Source of the DNA: Candidatus Multivoradales bacterium
Lineage (GTDB): Bacteria > Acidobacteriota > Thermoanaerobaculia > Multivoradales > JAHEKO01
Direction: 5' to 3'
DNA: 64,000 nucleotides
NCBI GenBank assembly: GCA_965248055.1
Contig: CBDFIJ010000004.1
Span: forward strand, 2,560,001 to 2,624,000
The position numbers and the translations under genes are program-made. The stretch's first letter is position 1, and every line of letters starts with the position of its first letter. This document shows positions 27,340-36,917 of the stretch, one piece after another. Under the pieces are notes generated by a model. That model did no database searches, was not told where the DNA came from, and saw nothing but the letters and a program-made list of their open reading frames with translations.

Positions 27340-28557
27340 TCAGGCATTTCGGTTAGATTCTTGTTGTTTCATGCGATGGTCAACGGCGATAGTCCTCCAT
27401 TTTGGCCATAGCTCGGCACTCAGCGGTCGACTGGGTTCTCCGTCGATTAACAGACGGAAGTAGAAGTAGAAATTGGGCAACGACAAGAAGTCGTCAGTCG
27501 AGAATGTGGGCGAGAACTCTTGTGCGAAGTATCGAGCGTCTTTTGCCCCGACCCGAAAGACGATGATCGTTCCAGCATTTCCGACGAGGGCTTCTCGAAT
27601 CTCGGGATCCAACTGCGAAGCGTGCTGATTGGCGGCAATGATCCCAACACCATATTTTCTGAGCTCACCGAGCATTGTGGCGGTATGCACGGTACCGAAG
27701 CTCTGAAACTCATCAGCGATCACCCAGAACGGATTGCGGTTTTCTCGCTGTGTGTCTGAGCGTGACAATGCCGAGAGCGCCAATCGTGAGAGAAGCAATG
27801 ATCCCAGAAGGTCACTCGGACCTTCCCCGAGCACCCCTTTGGAGAGGTCAGCAAGAATAATGTCTCCTCGATCCATCGCTTGTCGCAGACGAAGCGGCTC
27901 TCCTGAACCCGAGAATACCTTTCGCAACCGAGGGTCAGAGAGAATCGCACCAATCTTGTTCTGCACCGGAGCTAGAGCCATGGACTTGAAGCCCGGACTC
28001 CAACGAGCAAATTCATAGCGCCAGAATGCTGATACAGCGGGATTGTCAATGTACCGCAGGGCATCGCTGCGAAACGAGTTGTCTGAGAGAAGCCGTGGTA
28101 CTTCAAGCAACGTTCCATCCGGCATGTAGAACAAGGTCCAAAAGAGATTGGTGACGATATGAGCCAATCTTGGCCCCCACTCGTCAGACCAGATTTTCTT
28201 GAAGGTTTCAGTAAGCCCTGCGACTGCGAGTGGAAACTGACCCTTTGCTACGCCAGCAAACGGATTGAGATTCCATCCATCTACCTGTGCATCGAGAACT
28301 CTTACCGTTCGGTGCCTTTCTTCGGCAACCTTCAAAACCTCGGCAACAAGGTCGCCGTGCGGATCGAGAAGTAGGAATCCGTGCGGGCCTTCCAAGTCCT
28401 GACTGGCGATTTGTGAGAGCAAGGTGCTTTTGCCGACTCCCGTTTTTCCGACAACCCACAAATGACTGAGACGGTCTCGCTCCTTGATCCCAAACTTGCG
28501 CAGCTTGGCTCTTGAGTTGGCGTAGCCAAGGTATGTCACTCGATCTGGATCATGCAT
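27340..28557 (-). CDS. Second VirD4/TraD-like coupling ATPase
   Basis: DRLSHLWVVGKTGVGKS, LLDPHGDL, WGPRL, WVIADEFQ, ELRKYG..ANQ, GNAGTIIVFRVG. Confidence 0.88.
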   Translation of the reverse strand: MHDPDRVTYLGYANSRAKLRKFGIKERDRLSHLWVVGKTGVGKSTLLSQIASQDLEGPHGFLLLDPHGDLVAEVLKVAEERHRTVRVLDAQVDGWNLNPFAGVAKGQFPLAVAGLTETFKKIWSDEWGPRLAHIVTNLFWTLFYMPDGTLLEVPRLLSDNSFRSDALRYIDNPAVSAFWRYEFARWSPGFKSMALAPVQNKIGAILSDPRLRKVFSGSGEPLRLRQAMDRGDIILADLSKGVLGEGPSDLLGSLLLSRLALSALSRSDTQRENRNPFWVIADEFQSFGTVHTATMLGELRKYGVGIIAANQHASQLDPEIREALVGNAGTIIVFRVGAKDARYFAQEFSPTFSTDDFLSLPNFYFYFRLLIDGEPSRPLSAELWPKWRTIAVDHRMKQQESNRNA

Positions 28558-28609
28558 CTCTCCAGAATGCCTAACCTCCAACAACTCACAAGACCGCATT
28601 TCTTTCCCC

Positions 28610-28647
28610 AAAAGAAAGGCCCCCATTTCTGGGGACCCATTTGAACA
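28610..28647 (-). terminator. Possible intrinsic terminator after radC
   Basis: Minus strand ggtcccca-gaaa-tggggcc-tttctttt. Confidence 0.5.
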
Positions 28648-28648
28648 A

Positions 28649-29338
28649 CTACCAGCCGCCTTGCTCCTTGAGGGAGACCCACTGCGTGGGGCTGCCCAGA
28701 ACCAAATGATCAACGAGTCTGACTCCAACGATGTCGCCAGCGTCAGCGGTTCTTCGTGTGAAGGACAAGTCTTCTGCCGATGGTCTTGGATCACCTGAAG
28801 GGTGTGTATGAAACAGGATCATTCCGGCAGCTCCTCGCTCAAGACCTTCGCGAAGCATTGGCCGTGGCTCCACAGCGGCTCTCGTAAGCGTGCCTTGGAA
28901 GAACACTCGGTCAGACAGGACGCGATTGCGAGCGTTTAAGAAGATTGCACCCATCACCTCCTGCACCGGCTTGCGGTACTTCAGGAAGAGGTAACGAGCA
29001 ACTGCATCTGGGTCATCCAGCAGATCACCACTAGGGATTTCTAGCCTTGCTAGTCGAACCGAGAGTTCCAGCGCTGCAGCTATTCGAGCCGAACCGCGCT
29101 TTGAAAACCCAAGACCCATCATCTCTCTCGTTGAGAGCCCGATCAGGCCACCAACTCCGCGGACGAGGCCAAAGACCTGTTCAACACACTCGCTCGAAAC
29201 CGCTGTAATCTCCGACACCAAGTCTTCATCCACAAGCTCTGAAGGTGAGATCAATCGTGTGTCGACAATCCCCCTCCTCCGAGCCTGCAGATCGGTTACC
29301 CGGTCTGTCTTGGCACTCTGGATGCCGTTCATTGTCAT
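28649..29338 (-). CDS. radC: RadC/JAB-domain protein
   Basis: QEVMGAIFLNARN, HTHPSGDPRPSAED, LVDHLVLG; RBS aggagg. Confidence 0.9.
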   Translation of the reverse strand: MTMNGIQSAKTDRVTDLQARRRGIVDTRLISPSELVDEDLVSEITAVSSECVEQVFGLVRGVGGLIGLSTREMMGLGFSKRGSARIAAALELSVRLARLEIPSGDLLDDPDAVARYLFLKYRKPVQEVMGAIFLNARNRVLSDRVFFQGTLTRAAVEPRPMLREGLERGAAGMILFHTHPSGDPRPSAEDLSFTRRTADAGDIVGVRLVDHLVLGSPTQWVSLKEQGGW

Positions 29339-29414
29339 CACCTCCTTTCTGACTTGCGGACAGATCTCTCCCCAGAGCGCCGTATGCACCCGAGTAGAGA
29401 CAATCTGTCCTTGG

Positions 29415-29918
29415 CTACTTCTTGAACTGCTCGCGCTCTTCGATTGAGAGCTGCGTTGTAGCGATGGCTACCGCTTCAAAGATCGATATCCGATCATCTT
29501 CCCTTCGCCAGGTCTTCTTGATCCGTGGCAAGCGATCTGAGAGTTCTGGGAAGACTCTCGATACGGCTAGCGCCACTTCGTACTTGGTGAAGGGCTCCAC
29601 ACCTCGAAATTGCTCCTGCACGTCTTTTCTCGAGACTCTTCGAAATCCCACTTCGTTTTTGAGTGCATGCTCGACAAGCACCTCTACAGCTTGCCTAGCT
29701 TTGTTGGACCCATGAGATCGATATCTCTTAACGACGAGCAGGTCAGGATCGAAGCGCTCAATGAGACGCTTTAGGCTTCCATTGAGATCATCCCAATCCC
29801 CATAGCTGAGGGACTTCATGCCCCAGTCAATCAACCGCTCTGACCCTTCAAGGACAGCCCAGCCAAACTTCTGCGAACGAACGTCGATCGCCAGAACTCG
29901 AGTCAGTCCTCCTGCCAT
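29415..29918 (-). CDS. RuvC-like RNase H-fold protein
   Basis: RVLAIDVRSQKFGWAVLE start, TKYEVA, FEAVAIA. Confidence 0.65.
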   Translation of the reverse strand: MAGGLTRVLAIDVRSQKFGWAVLEGSERLIDWGMKSLSYGDWDDLNGSLKRLIERFDPDLLVVKRYRSHGSNKARQAVEVLVEHALKNEVGFRRVSRKDVQEQFRGVEPFTKYEVALAVSRVFPELSDRLPRIKKTWRREDDRISIFEAVAIATTQLSIEEREQFKK

Positions 29919-30262
29919 GGAACGATGACTGCATCCTCCGGGAAACAGACTTCCGAGAGCCGTTGATACTTCCTCGGTCGAGGATGCATTCCTTCAGCTT
30001 CGATCTCTACCAGAAGCTTCTTCGCACGCTCCTTGATGCAGGCCTCGACCTCTTCATAGAGGCCTGCGAAGAGCCTGGAGAGGTTCTCTCCATAGATCAC
30101 CTCGTAGGCAATCAAGACCTTGATCGATGGATGCCGTGTAGCTAGCTCGTGTCGAGCAATGGTTGCATCTGAACCACCCGAGACCAAGCGTGCGACCTCC
30201 TGCTGAGACAGCCCAGCTCGCTTGCGGTATGTCGACAAGTAGTTGTGTAACAAAGAACTCAT
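29903..30262 (-). CDS. XRE-family HTH regulator
   Basis: YRKRAGLSQQEVARL..IARHE..PS. Confidence 0.85.
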   Translation of the reverse strand: MSSLLHNYLSTYRKRAGLSQQEVARLVSGGSDATIARHELATRHPSIKVLIAYEVIYGENLSRLFAGLYEEVEACIKERAKKLLVEIEAEGMHPRPRKYQRLSEVCFPEDAVIVPWQED

Positions 30263-30308
30263 ACCTACCCACCAGAATACGCCTTGACCAGATTCAGCAA
30301 AGCCCCCC

Positions 30309-30331
30309 GCTCTTGACTCAGAGTCAAGAGC
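30309..30331. promoter_or_regulatory. Perfect palindrome, putative operator
   Basis: gctcttgactc-a-gagtcaagagc upstream of the XRE gene. Confidence 0.6.
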
Positions 30332-30411
30332 CCCGTTTTAGATATCTGTTGCTATCTATATAGCTATAACTATTGTGTGAAGAAATTTCAGGCCCAAAAC
30401 GAAAAAGCTGC

Positions 30412-30747
30412 TCACGCAGCACCTCGACTCCTGAACTGCTGTACACAGCTTGTCCACATGGCTGTCGGTCGCAGCAGCTGATTGCGCTCTTGGTGGCGCT
30501 CTATGAGCCCCAGATCAACGAGTTTTATCAAATTCGAGTACACACTCCGTTCAGTGATTCCGAGAGCGTTAGCGAGGTAGTTCTTGGAAGCGAAACACCA
30601 GCCGGGAGACGCACTCTTCGCCCCAGCAAGCCGATCGATCATCTCCACAAGCGCATACTCCGTCATTGAAAGCTTGAGCGTCTTACGAGCGTCCAAGTAG
30701 ATGACCACATAGGGAGACGTGCGTTTCTGTTCAGTCATACAACTCAA
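30412..30747 (-). CDS. wHTH protein resembling a phage replication-initiator N-terminus (possibly truncated)
   Basis: GWCFASKNYLANALGITERSVYSNLIKLVDLGLIER. Confidence 0.7.
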   Translation of the reverse strand: MSCMTEQKRTSPYVVIYLDARKTLKLSMTEYALVEMIDRLAGAKSASPGWCFASKNYLANALGITERSVYSNLIKLVDLGLIERHQERNQLLRPTAMWTSCVQQFRSRGAA

Positions 30748-31348
30748 CGTGTTCTAGCAACCGATCTCGAACCGAAATTCCCTGAGCCGCGCACTCCACC
30801 GCGCCTCCACCAGACCCAACATCCTCCGGCCACGAAACACCTCGGGCGTTAGGAAGGGAGGCGAGAATCTTGGCTTCAACCTCAGACCGTGACAATCGAC
30901 CCAACCGGCGATCTCTACGATCTCCCTTTTTCAAAGCAACGACTAGATGCGGAATCCTTGATAGGTCGTTTTGCCAGGCTCGTGCCTTGAAGTACCGACC
31001 TGAACCCGTCGTGCAGATAGCCGACAGGCCACTGCTCTCGACTACCAAACACTCGTGGATACCTTCGCAAAAGACAGCGACTGACGACTGGCGCTTGACC
31101 ACCGCCCATGGAAACAATTCAACGTGACTGAGCTCCGCCGCCGCAACTCCTACGTCCTTCCACTTCTCAAAAAAGACCACCGACCCCGAGCTATTTCTCA
31201 CCGGAACCGTGATGAGCTCGTCATCCCATCCGATCTGGTGCTTGTTAATAACTGAGTTACTGATACCGCTATCGTTGAGTGCCGCCCGGACAATGCCGGG
31301 AAGGCTCTGGTGGTAATCGACGGCGAGCTGTTCAAAGTCGGTGCACAT
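30731..31348 (-). CDS. Primase-like TOPRIM-domain protein (degenerate)
   Basis: GISNSVINKHQIGW, ITVPVRN, FCEGIHE; no DxD motif. Confidence 0.7.
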   Translation of the reverse strand: MCTDFEQLAVDYHQSLPGIVRAALNDSGISNSVINKHQIGWDDELITVPVRNSSGSVVFFEKWKDVGVAAAELSHVELFPWAVVKRQSSVAVFCEGIHECLVVESSGLSAICTTGSGRYFKARAWQNDLSRIPHLVVALKKGDRRDRRLGRLSRSEVEAKILASLPNARGVSWPEDVGSGGGAVECAAQGISVRDRLLEHVELYD

Positions 31349-31382
31349 CCACCCAAGCTACCGCTTCGAGAGACCCTGCAAA

Positions 31383-31421
31383 AGTCCCCGGATGCTGACT
31401 GGCAGTCAACATCCGGGGACT
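31383..31421. promoter_or_regulatory. 39-bp near-perfect palindrome in the divergent promoter
   Basis: agtccccggatgctgactg-g-cagtcaacatccggggact (one mismatch). Confidence 0.7.
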
Positions 31422-31457
31422 GGTCATCAAGGGGATCTCCATGTACCTTGCACACCA

Positions 31458-31589
31458 ATGTCAGAAACAGACCCTCAAAACGCTCAAGAAGAGCATCATC
31501 ACCTAGAGAAGCTCGCGGAGCTGTTCCTTGACATGTGGCTAGAGGAGCGCACTATGAATACAACAACAAACGATGGAGACAAAACGTGA
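31458..31589 (+). CDS. Small ORF overlapping the serine recombinase start
   Basis: 43 aa containing LEKLAELFLDMWLE; overlaps the next gene. Confidence 0.45.
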   Translation: MSETDPQNAQEEHHHLEKLAELFLDMWLEERTMNTTTNDGDKT

Positions 31590-33297
31590 AAACTGCATCA
31601 TTCGCTGTCGAGTCAGTTCGGCCAAGCAAGCGAGAGAAGGGGACAGCCTCGAAGATCAAGAACTCGTCGGTCACCGAGTAGCCGCCCGAGACGATTGGAA
31701 CGTCGTACGGGTTTTCCATCAACCCTACTCTGCGAGCAAACCAGAGCACGCCATGATCGACGAAATCGTCGAATTCATCCAAGACTACTCAGAACCCATA
31801 CACCATCTCATCTTCAAAGGGATCGATCGATTTACCCGGGCGGGGGTCAGCGACTATGAACAGCTCAAGAATCGGATTGAGGATCTCGGCGTCAACTTGG
31901 TAGACAGCTACGGCCTGATTCAACCCAAGCAGAACACCTTGGACCACTTTGGGTTTGAGTATCACTGGAGTGTCTACGCTCCTAGCGAGATGGCCGAGAT
32001 CATGGAAGCTCAGCGCAGCAAACAAGAGGTACGAGACATCCTGACGCGCATGATCGGAGCTGAAATCAAGCTCGTTCAGGATGGGTACAAAGTGCGACGG
32101 CCAGCAGACGGATATCTGAACCAGCGTATTGAAGTTGAAGGCAAGAAAAGAGTCATCGAAGTTCCAGACCCAGATCGAGCTCCCTTCTACCGAAAGATGT
32201 TTGAGCTACGAGCCAGTGGGCGTTATTCAGACGCAGAAATCGTCGACCACATCAATGCAATGGGTTTTCGGAGCAAGCCCCAAAAACGCTGGAATGAATC
32301 CCGCGATCGGGTCATCGGTCATAGCAAACCGAAACAACTGACCATTGCTCATTTTCAACGCCTGATTCTTCGTCCGGGTTATTGCGGTGTCCGCGTAGAA
32401 AAATGGACTGACTGGAAGCCCGTTCGCGCCCAAAATCCAGGACTGGTGTCGATCGCTACATTCAATGCGGCAAATGAGGGGAAGGTTCGTATTGAAGAAT
32501 ACCGTGACGGATCACTAACGCTACACGAAGGAGAATCCAGGAGCCCAATTCGGTTGAAGAACAACCCTACCTATCCTTACAAGAACATCGTCCTGTGCGG
32601 CGACTGCGCGAAGCCATTCCTAGGGAGCGCATCCAGGGGAAAGATGGGCAAACGATACCCCGCATATCACTGCAACCGAGGTCACTATTTCAGGGTACCC
32701 AAAGACAAGTTTGAGAACGTTGTTGACGCGTACTTCATGACCCTTGATCTTGACGAAGCTGGGAGAGAAATACTGAGGCATTTTCTGGAAGGTGTCTGGG
32801 ATCGACGGCAAAGAGATATTCAGAAACACGTCAGTAGAGTTCGCGAGCATCAAGCTGCCTTGAAAATCGAGCAAGACGCCGTTGTGGAGTCACTCATAGC
32901 TACGACAAATTCCATTGTTCGTCAAAAGCTCGAAAGCAGGATCGCTGAATTGGAAGCTCAACTGACATCCGTCAAAAGAGATGCACATACTAGTAGCGAT
33001 GTCTCAAGAGCTGATTTCGAAGATTTTCTTTCCTACGTCGATGACCTAATGGAACACCCCATGAAATGGCTCAAGAACACCGTAAACGTAACCAGACAAA
33101 GGGCCGCCGCAGAGCTATTATTTGAGGAAACTCCGACCTATCGTGAGATCACTAGTGGAACACCAAAATTACGCCAGTTTTTCGGGCTCGATTGGTTACT
33201 TAATGATCTCCAATCTCCGTTGGTGAACCCACAGGTACTTGACTGGAACTCCCTTCATCAATTGATCAAAGGTTTCAGCCCCAAAGGGAGAGGTTAG
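31573..33297 (+). CDS. Large serine recombinase (resolvase + recombinase + zinc ribbon + coiled coil)
   Basis: RCRVSSAKQ..SLEDQ, IDRFTR, CGDC..YHC zinc ribbon. Confidence 0.92.
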   Translation: METKRENCIIRCRVSSAKQAREGDSLEDQELVGHRVAARDDWNVVRVFHQPYSASKPEHAMIDEIVEFIQDYSEPIHHLIFKGIDRFTRAGVSDYEQLKNRIEDLGVNLVDSYGLIQPKQNTLDHFGFEYHWSVYAPSEMAEIMEAQRSKQEVRDILTRMIGAEIKLVQDGYKVRRPADGYLNQRIEVEGKKRVIEVPDPDRAPFYRKMFELRASGRYSDAEIVDHINAMGFRSKPQKRWNESRDRVIGHSKPKQLTIAHFQRLILRPGYCGVRVEKWTDWKPVRAQNPGLVSIATFNAANEGKVRIEEYRDGSLTLHEGESRSPIRLKNNPTYPYKNIVLCGDCAKPFLGSASRGKMGKRYPAYHCNRGHYFRVPKDKFENVVDAYFMTLDLDEAGREILRHFLEGVWDRRQRDIQKHVSRVREHQAALKIEQDAVVESLIATTNSIVRQKLESRIAELEAQLTSVKRDAHTSSDVSRADFEDFLSYVDDLMEHPMKWLKNTVNVTRQRAAAELLFEETPTYREITSGTPKLRQFFGLDWLLNDLQSPLVNPQVLDWNSLHQLIKGFSPKGRG

Positions 33298-33390
33298 GGG
33301 AGCCGCGTCAGCAACATCGATTATTGAGTCGGTCACCATCATTCAGTTATCCACTATCTCAAACGGCTTCCAACGTCCATACTTTCGGTA

Positions 33391-33726
33391 ATGGCAAATT
33401 GGCACGCATTGAACAGCCGAAAAGGAGTAACCATCTCTCTAAGCAAAAGTGGCTTTCGACTCTCTCCTTTGTTGGTTGAGGAATACCACATTGAAAAATT
33501 TCAATATGTCGACGTTGTTCACTACCCAAGAACTTCGCGGCTACGTTTCCGTTTCACCGACATAGCGACGAAAAAAAACCGTTGGGTCTTTGCGTTTGGA
33601 AAGGGCAGGTACATTCTGGATACCACGAAGATTTTCAGCGAACAAACTAAAGGGCTCTACGAAGTTGGAGACTGGTCGAACCCCAGAGGTGCCAAACCAG
33701 ATTTTTGGATTCGGTTACCGGAATGA
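33391..33726 (+). CDS. Hypothetical protein
   Basis: 111-aa ATG ORF without a recognised motif. Confidence 0.45.
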   Translation: MANWHALNSRKGVTISLSKSGFRLSPLLVEEYHIEKFQYVDVVHYPRTSRLRFRFTDIATKKNRWVFAFGKGRYILDTTKIFSEQTKGLYEVGDWSNPRGAKPDFWIRLPE

Positions 33727-33735
33727 TGCGGTTCG

Positions 33736-34049
33736 TTATCCACGGGCCTTTTCACTGAACTCTAGGAGCCAGTTGTATCGCTGGACTAGGTTCTCCCGTG
33801 CGCGACACCTGAGACGATCATTTCGCCAGACAACCAGTTTGGCTACCCTCCTTGCTTCTATGTTCTTCTCGCGCCGCTTCAGGGCTGGCCTGTCCATAGA
33901 CCGGGCCGGTGTGTTTATCTCGATACCACTGTACATGGTGTTGTCTTTGCGTTGTCTTGCGCCCAAGCTTTGAGCTCGAGTTCTTGTGTTCGCAGATCTT
34001 GCCAGGTTGTCGAAACGCGTGCGTAGATCGCTATTTCTCGATCATCCAT
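33736..34049 (-). pseudogene. Small serine resolvase, frameshifted N-terminal relic
   Basis: MDDREIAIYARVSTTWQDLRTQELELKAW / VQWYRDKHTG / RSMDRPAL..LVVWRND across three frames. Confidence 0.8.
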
Positions 34050-34404
34050 CCATACAGTATTCGCGAAATGATCGGTGGGTTCATACTAGACACTATCCAC
34101 GGCCCTTTGGGTGCAGCAAAATACGGCAAGAAAAGGCACTTTTTGGAATAAACCCTTCATTCAAGACACCTCATTGCGGAAAATTGGGCACGAGCAGCAA
34201 CAGTGTAATTCTTTACTCTAAGTCTAGGTTGACGTTCTCCGTTACCCGGCGTGAGGCGGCGTGCCTACTGCGGAGAAACCGTAATTTTTACACGAATGCT
34301 CCCGCTACCCCGAGGTCTACGAGCGCTGAATCGCGTTCCCCTCTTCCCCTTAAACCCCATCACCCTCATGCCATCAGGGAGGTGGCTTGGAATGCCAATG
34401 CTGA

Positions 34405-34752
34405 TCATTCCACCGCGATACTTCTTATCGCAAAAAACCAAGTAAGAACGACCCAGAAGATAGCGGCGATTGCCGGAGAAAACACCATTACGTATCCAAA
34501 CGTTCGCGACTCAAATGAGGTTGCTAGCATTGCTGCACAAAAGAGCACATATGTTAACCAGAGGCCAACGCCGATCTTCCCCCCGGCCCCGTTGATACGA
34601 TACCAGTCAGCATCCGAACGGAAAGAGGATTCGACACGCACCCCGTAATATTTATTTGGAGCAACCTTACCTAAAGCCAAAGGGAGACAGAATGCGGCTA
34701 TGAGCAGCCCGCTTGCGATTCCAACAATTGAACCTACCTTGACCAGTTCCAT
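34405..34752 (-). CDS. sdpI: SdpI-family immunity protein
   Basis: PNKYYGVRVESSFRSDADWYRIN..GG signature, 3 TM helices. Confidence 0.85.
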   Translation of the reverse strand: MELVKVGSIVGIASGLLIAAFCLPLALGKVAPNKYYGVRVESSFRSDADWYRINGAGGKIGVGLWLTYVLFCAAMLATSFESRTFGYVMVFSPAIAAIFWVVLTWFFAIRSIAVE

Positions 34753-36356
34753 ATCTTGTCTCCTGTCGGACAGAGGTCGCCTGGGTCTGAACGGCGACTG
34801 TTTATGGCAGGCGCAAATTCGGACTTGACGGAGTCCTCTTCTGTTCTTAATGTCCCGGATGCGCTTATTGGTGGGACGCTCAAAGTCTCTGATGTGGGGA
34901 TCTCAACCACGCTCTGTACCCAGTCAACAACATGTTCAAGAACTTCTTCACTGACAGTGACCTCGATCTCCGAGTATTCGTCAATCGCTCCTGTCTTTGC
35001 CGGTTGAAGAAAATGATTGAGGCCATCATAGAGTCGAATCTCGGGTATTGGAGCACCGGCGTCCACGACCGCCTGTTCCAAGGCTTTCTTGATGGCCGAC
35101 AAGTTTTGCTCCGGGTCAACCTGGAGATCCAGGGTGCCGTTTAGAGCGAACACCGGAGTTCCGTTGCGGTGAAGATCCGGTGCAGGGTCGTATCTCAGTA
35201 TTTCGCGGTACCAAGGAGTTGCCAGCTGTGCGGCTTCCTCTGCCTTCCGCAGAATATTTGGATCATGGGGGTCCCCGCCTTCTTCTTGAACTACCTCTAG
35301 AACGTGCCTAGTGAGTTGTTCCCGAATTGTTTCCGCGGGGAGGTTTTGCGTCGCGATGTCAAGCAGCTGCTTCTGCAGATCAGTCGTCTTTCTTACTTCG
35401 GAATCCGAAGCTCCGTTCGTTTCTAACATCAACGTAACTTGGCGCAGGATCACTTCATCGCCAGGCACGCCAGGTGATGCTAATAACACAGCGAATGCGG
35501 GCCCGTTCTCTCGAGCTAGAAGCTTGGAAGCGACGAGCCCTCCTTCGCTGTGGCCGAGGATACCAACGGGCTTATTGCCAACTTCTGCCAACGAGGAAAG
35601 AAAGCGAAGCGCTGCCGAGGCGTCATTGGCAAAGTCCGTTGTAGTTGCCCCGGTGAACCTTCCCTCAGACTCTCCGACTCCGCGGTCGTCGTAACGAAGT
35701 ACTGCCACCCCAGATCGCGACAAGCGGTCAGCCCAAACGGCAAAAGGTCGATGCCCGAAGATCCTCATGTCTCGGTTCTGGGGCCCGGAACCCGTTACTA
35801 GAACGATAGCTGGGTGAAGCCCCTCTCCAGCTGGCAAGGTCAAGGTACCCGCCAAGATGTGATTTGTTGAGGGGAACCGAACTTGCCGAACCGTATATGG
35901 GAACGGTTTTTGGGGAGACTGAGGTCGTCTATATTGCGGTGTTGAGGTCTGCGTTTCTGTTCGTTGGAGGCGAAAGGGAAATTCATGACCGTGCTGGAAG
36001 AAAGTTCCCGCCATCGTGTTTTCCGTAATAATTCCGACAAAATGCGGACTGCCTTGAATTTCTGAGATCTGGAAGCTGATCGAATTGCCGGTCATCTCCA
36101 CGTATTCGAGGGACAAGCCGATGCCTCCCTGTTGGGGGATATCGATCCTTCCGCTCCACCCTAGTTTGTCACTGTCGAGGTGAACAACCACCGCCAGTTT
36201 TGCTGCGCCCAAATCAATTGTGCCCTCCCAGTTACCGCGAACCGGTGGAGCGGCGCTTGCACTGGAAGCCGCCAGGTAAAAGATCAACCCAAACTGCAGA
36301 TACCTTCGCAAATCGAAGAGGTAACGAACGGGATTGTGTTCTACTTTGGGTGGCAT
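34734..36356 (-). CDS. Exported alpha/beta hydrolase (serine peptidase-like)
   Basis: Signal-like segment; GSGPQNRD, RYDDRGVG, GHSEGG nucleophile, DLQV, LNHF. Confidence 0.9.
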   Translation of the reverse strand: MPPKVEHNPVRYLFDLRRYLQFGLIFYLAASSASAAPPVRGNWEGTIDLGAAKLAVVVHLDSDKLGWSGRIDIPQQGGIGLSLEYVEMTGNSISFQISEIQGSPHFVGIITENTMAGTFFQHGHEFPFRLQRTETQTSTPQYRRPQSPQKPFPYTVRQVRFPSTNHILAGTLTLPAGEGLHPAIVLVTGSGPQNRDMRIFGHRPFAVWADRLSRSGVAVLRYDDRGVGESEGRFTGATTTDFANDASAALRFLSSLAEVGNKPVGILGHSEGGLVASKLLARENGPAFAVLLASPGVPGDEVILRQVTLMLETNGASDSEVRKTTDLQKQLLDIATQNLPAETIREQLTRHVLEVVQEEGGDPHDPNILRKAEEAAQLATPWYREILRYDPAPDLHRNGTPVFALNGTLDLQVDPEQNLSAIKKALEQAVVDAGAPIPEIRLYDGLNHFLQPAKTGAIDEYSEIEVTVSEEVLEHVVDWVQSVVEIPTSETLSVPPISASGTLRTEEDSVKSEFAPAINSRRSDPGDLCPTGDKIWNWSR

Positions 36357-36820
36357 ACGTGGACATCAAAATCTTCGTCGAGAAACCGATCTCGGATTTC
36401 AACTGTGGGATTCTGGCAGTGATCCGGAAGTCCGAACCATAGTATTCTGTTCTTCGCCACGAAATCGTAGATAACGTTGCGTGCGAAGCGTGGCACGATT
36501 TCGGCCCACGACACTAAACGCCAAACTCCCCCTATCACGTTGAGTATCGCTAATACCCCACTCGACCGATCCAGTATTTGTTCGTTAACCCCGCCTGCGT
36601 CACGCACGAAGAGCAAGCTGTCCTTTGCTAGTGACCCTGCGTGCCTTTCTCGGAGTTCTAGTGCCACACCACTCTGAAGAGGCGAGTAATAGAGCACTCC
36701 TTCACGGTCTTGGGCAAGAAGGAACTGAATAAACCTACTACACAGTCCACAATTACCGTCGTAGAGGACAATGTGTCGACCGTCGGTAGATGCTTGTGGA
36801 GGGAACAACACGACTAGCAC
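36341..36820 (-). CDS. DCC1-like thiol-disulfide oxidoreductase (DUF393)
   Basis: YDGNCGLC, SPLQS, YDFVAKNR..WFG. Confidence 0.9.
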   Translation of the reverse strand: MLVVLFPPQASTDGRHIVLYDGNCGLCSRFIQFLLAQDREGVLYYSPLQSGVALELRERHAGSLAKDSLLFVRDAGGVNEQILDRSSGVLAILNVIGGVWRLVSWAEIVPRFARNVIYDFVAKNRILWFGLPDHCQNPTVEIRDRFLDEDFDVHVCHPK

Positions 36821-36917
36821 ACGATGGAGATCTTGCTTGAGGCGACACGGCGGTCCGAGGCTAGAGTAATCCTAGTTATGACCGCGGTAACCCCGATCAC
36901 AATGCCTGCATTTGGAT

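Noticed and set aside
31458-31478. Identical N-terminal peptide MSETDPQ here and in the cytochrome b fusion (13333)
   Set aside because: Codons differ and similarity ends after 7 residues; treated as coincidence
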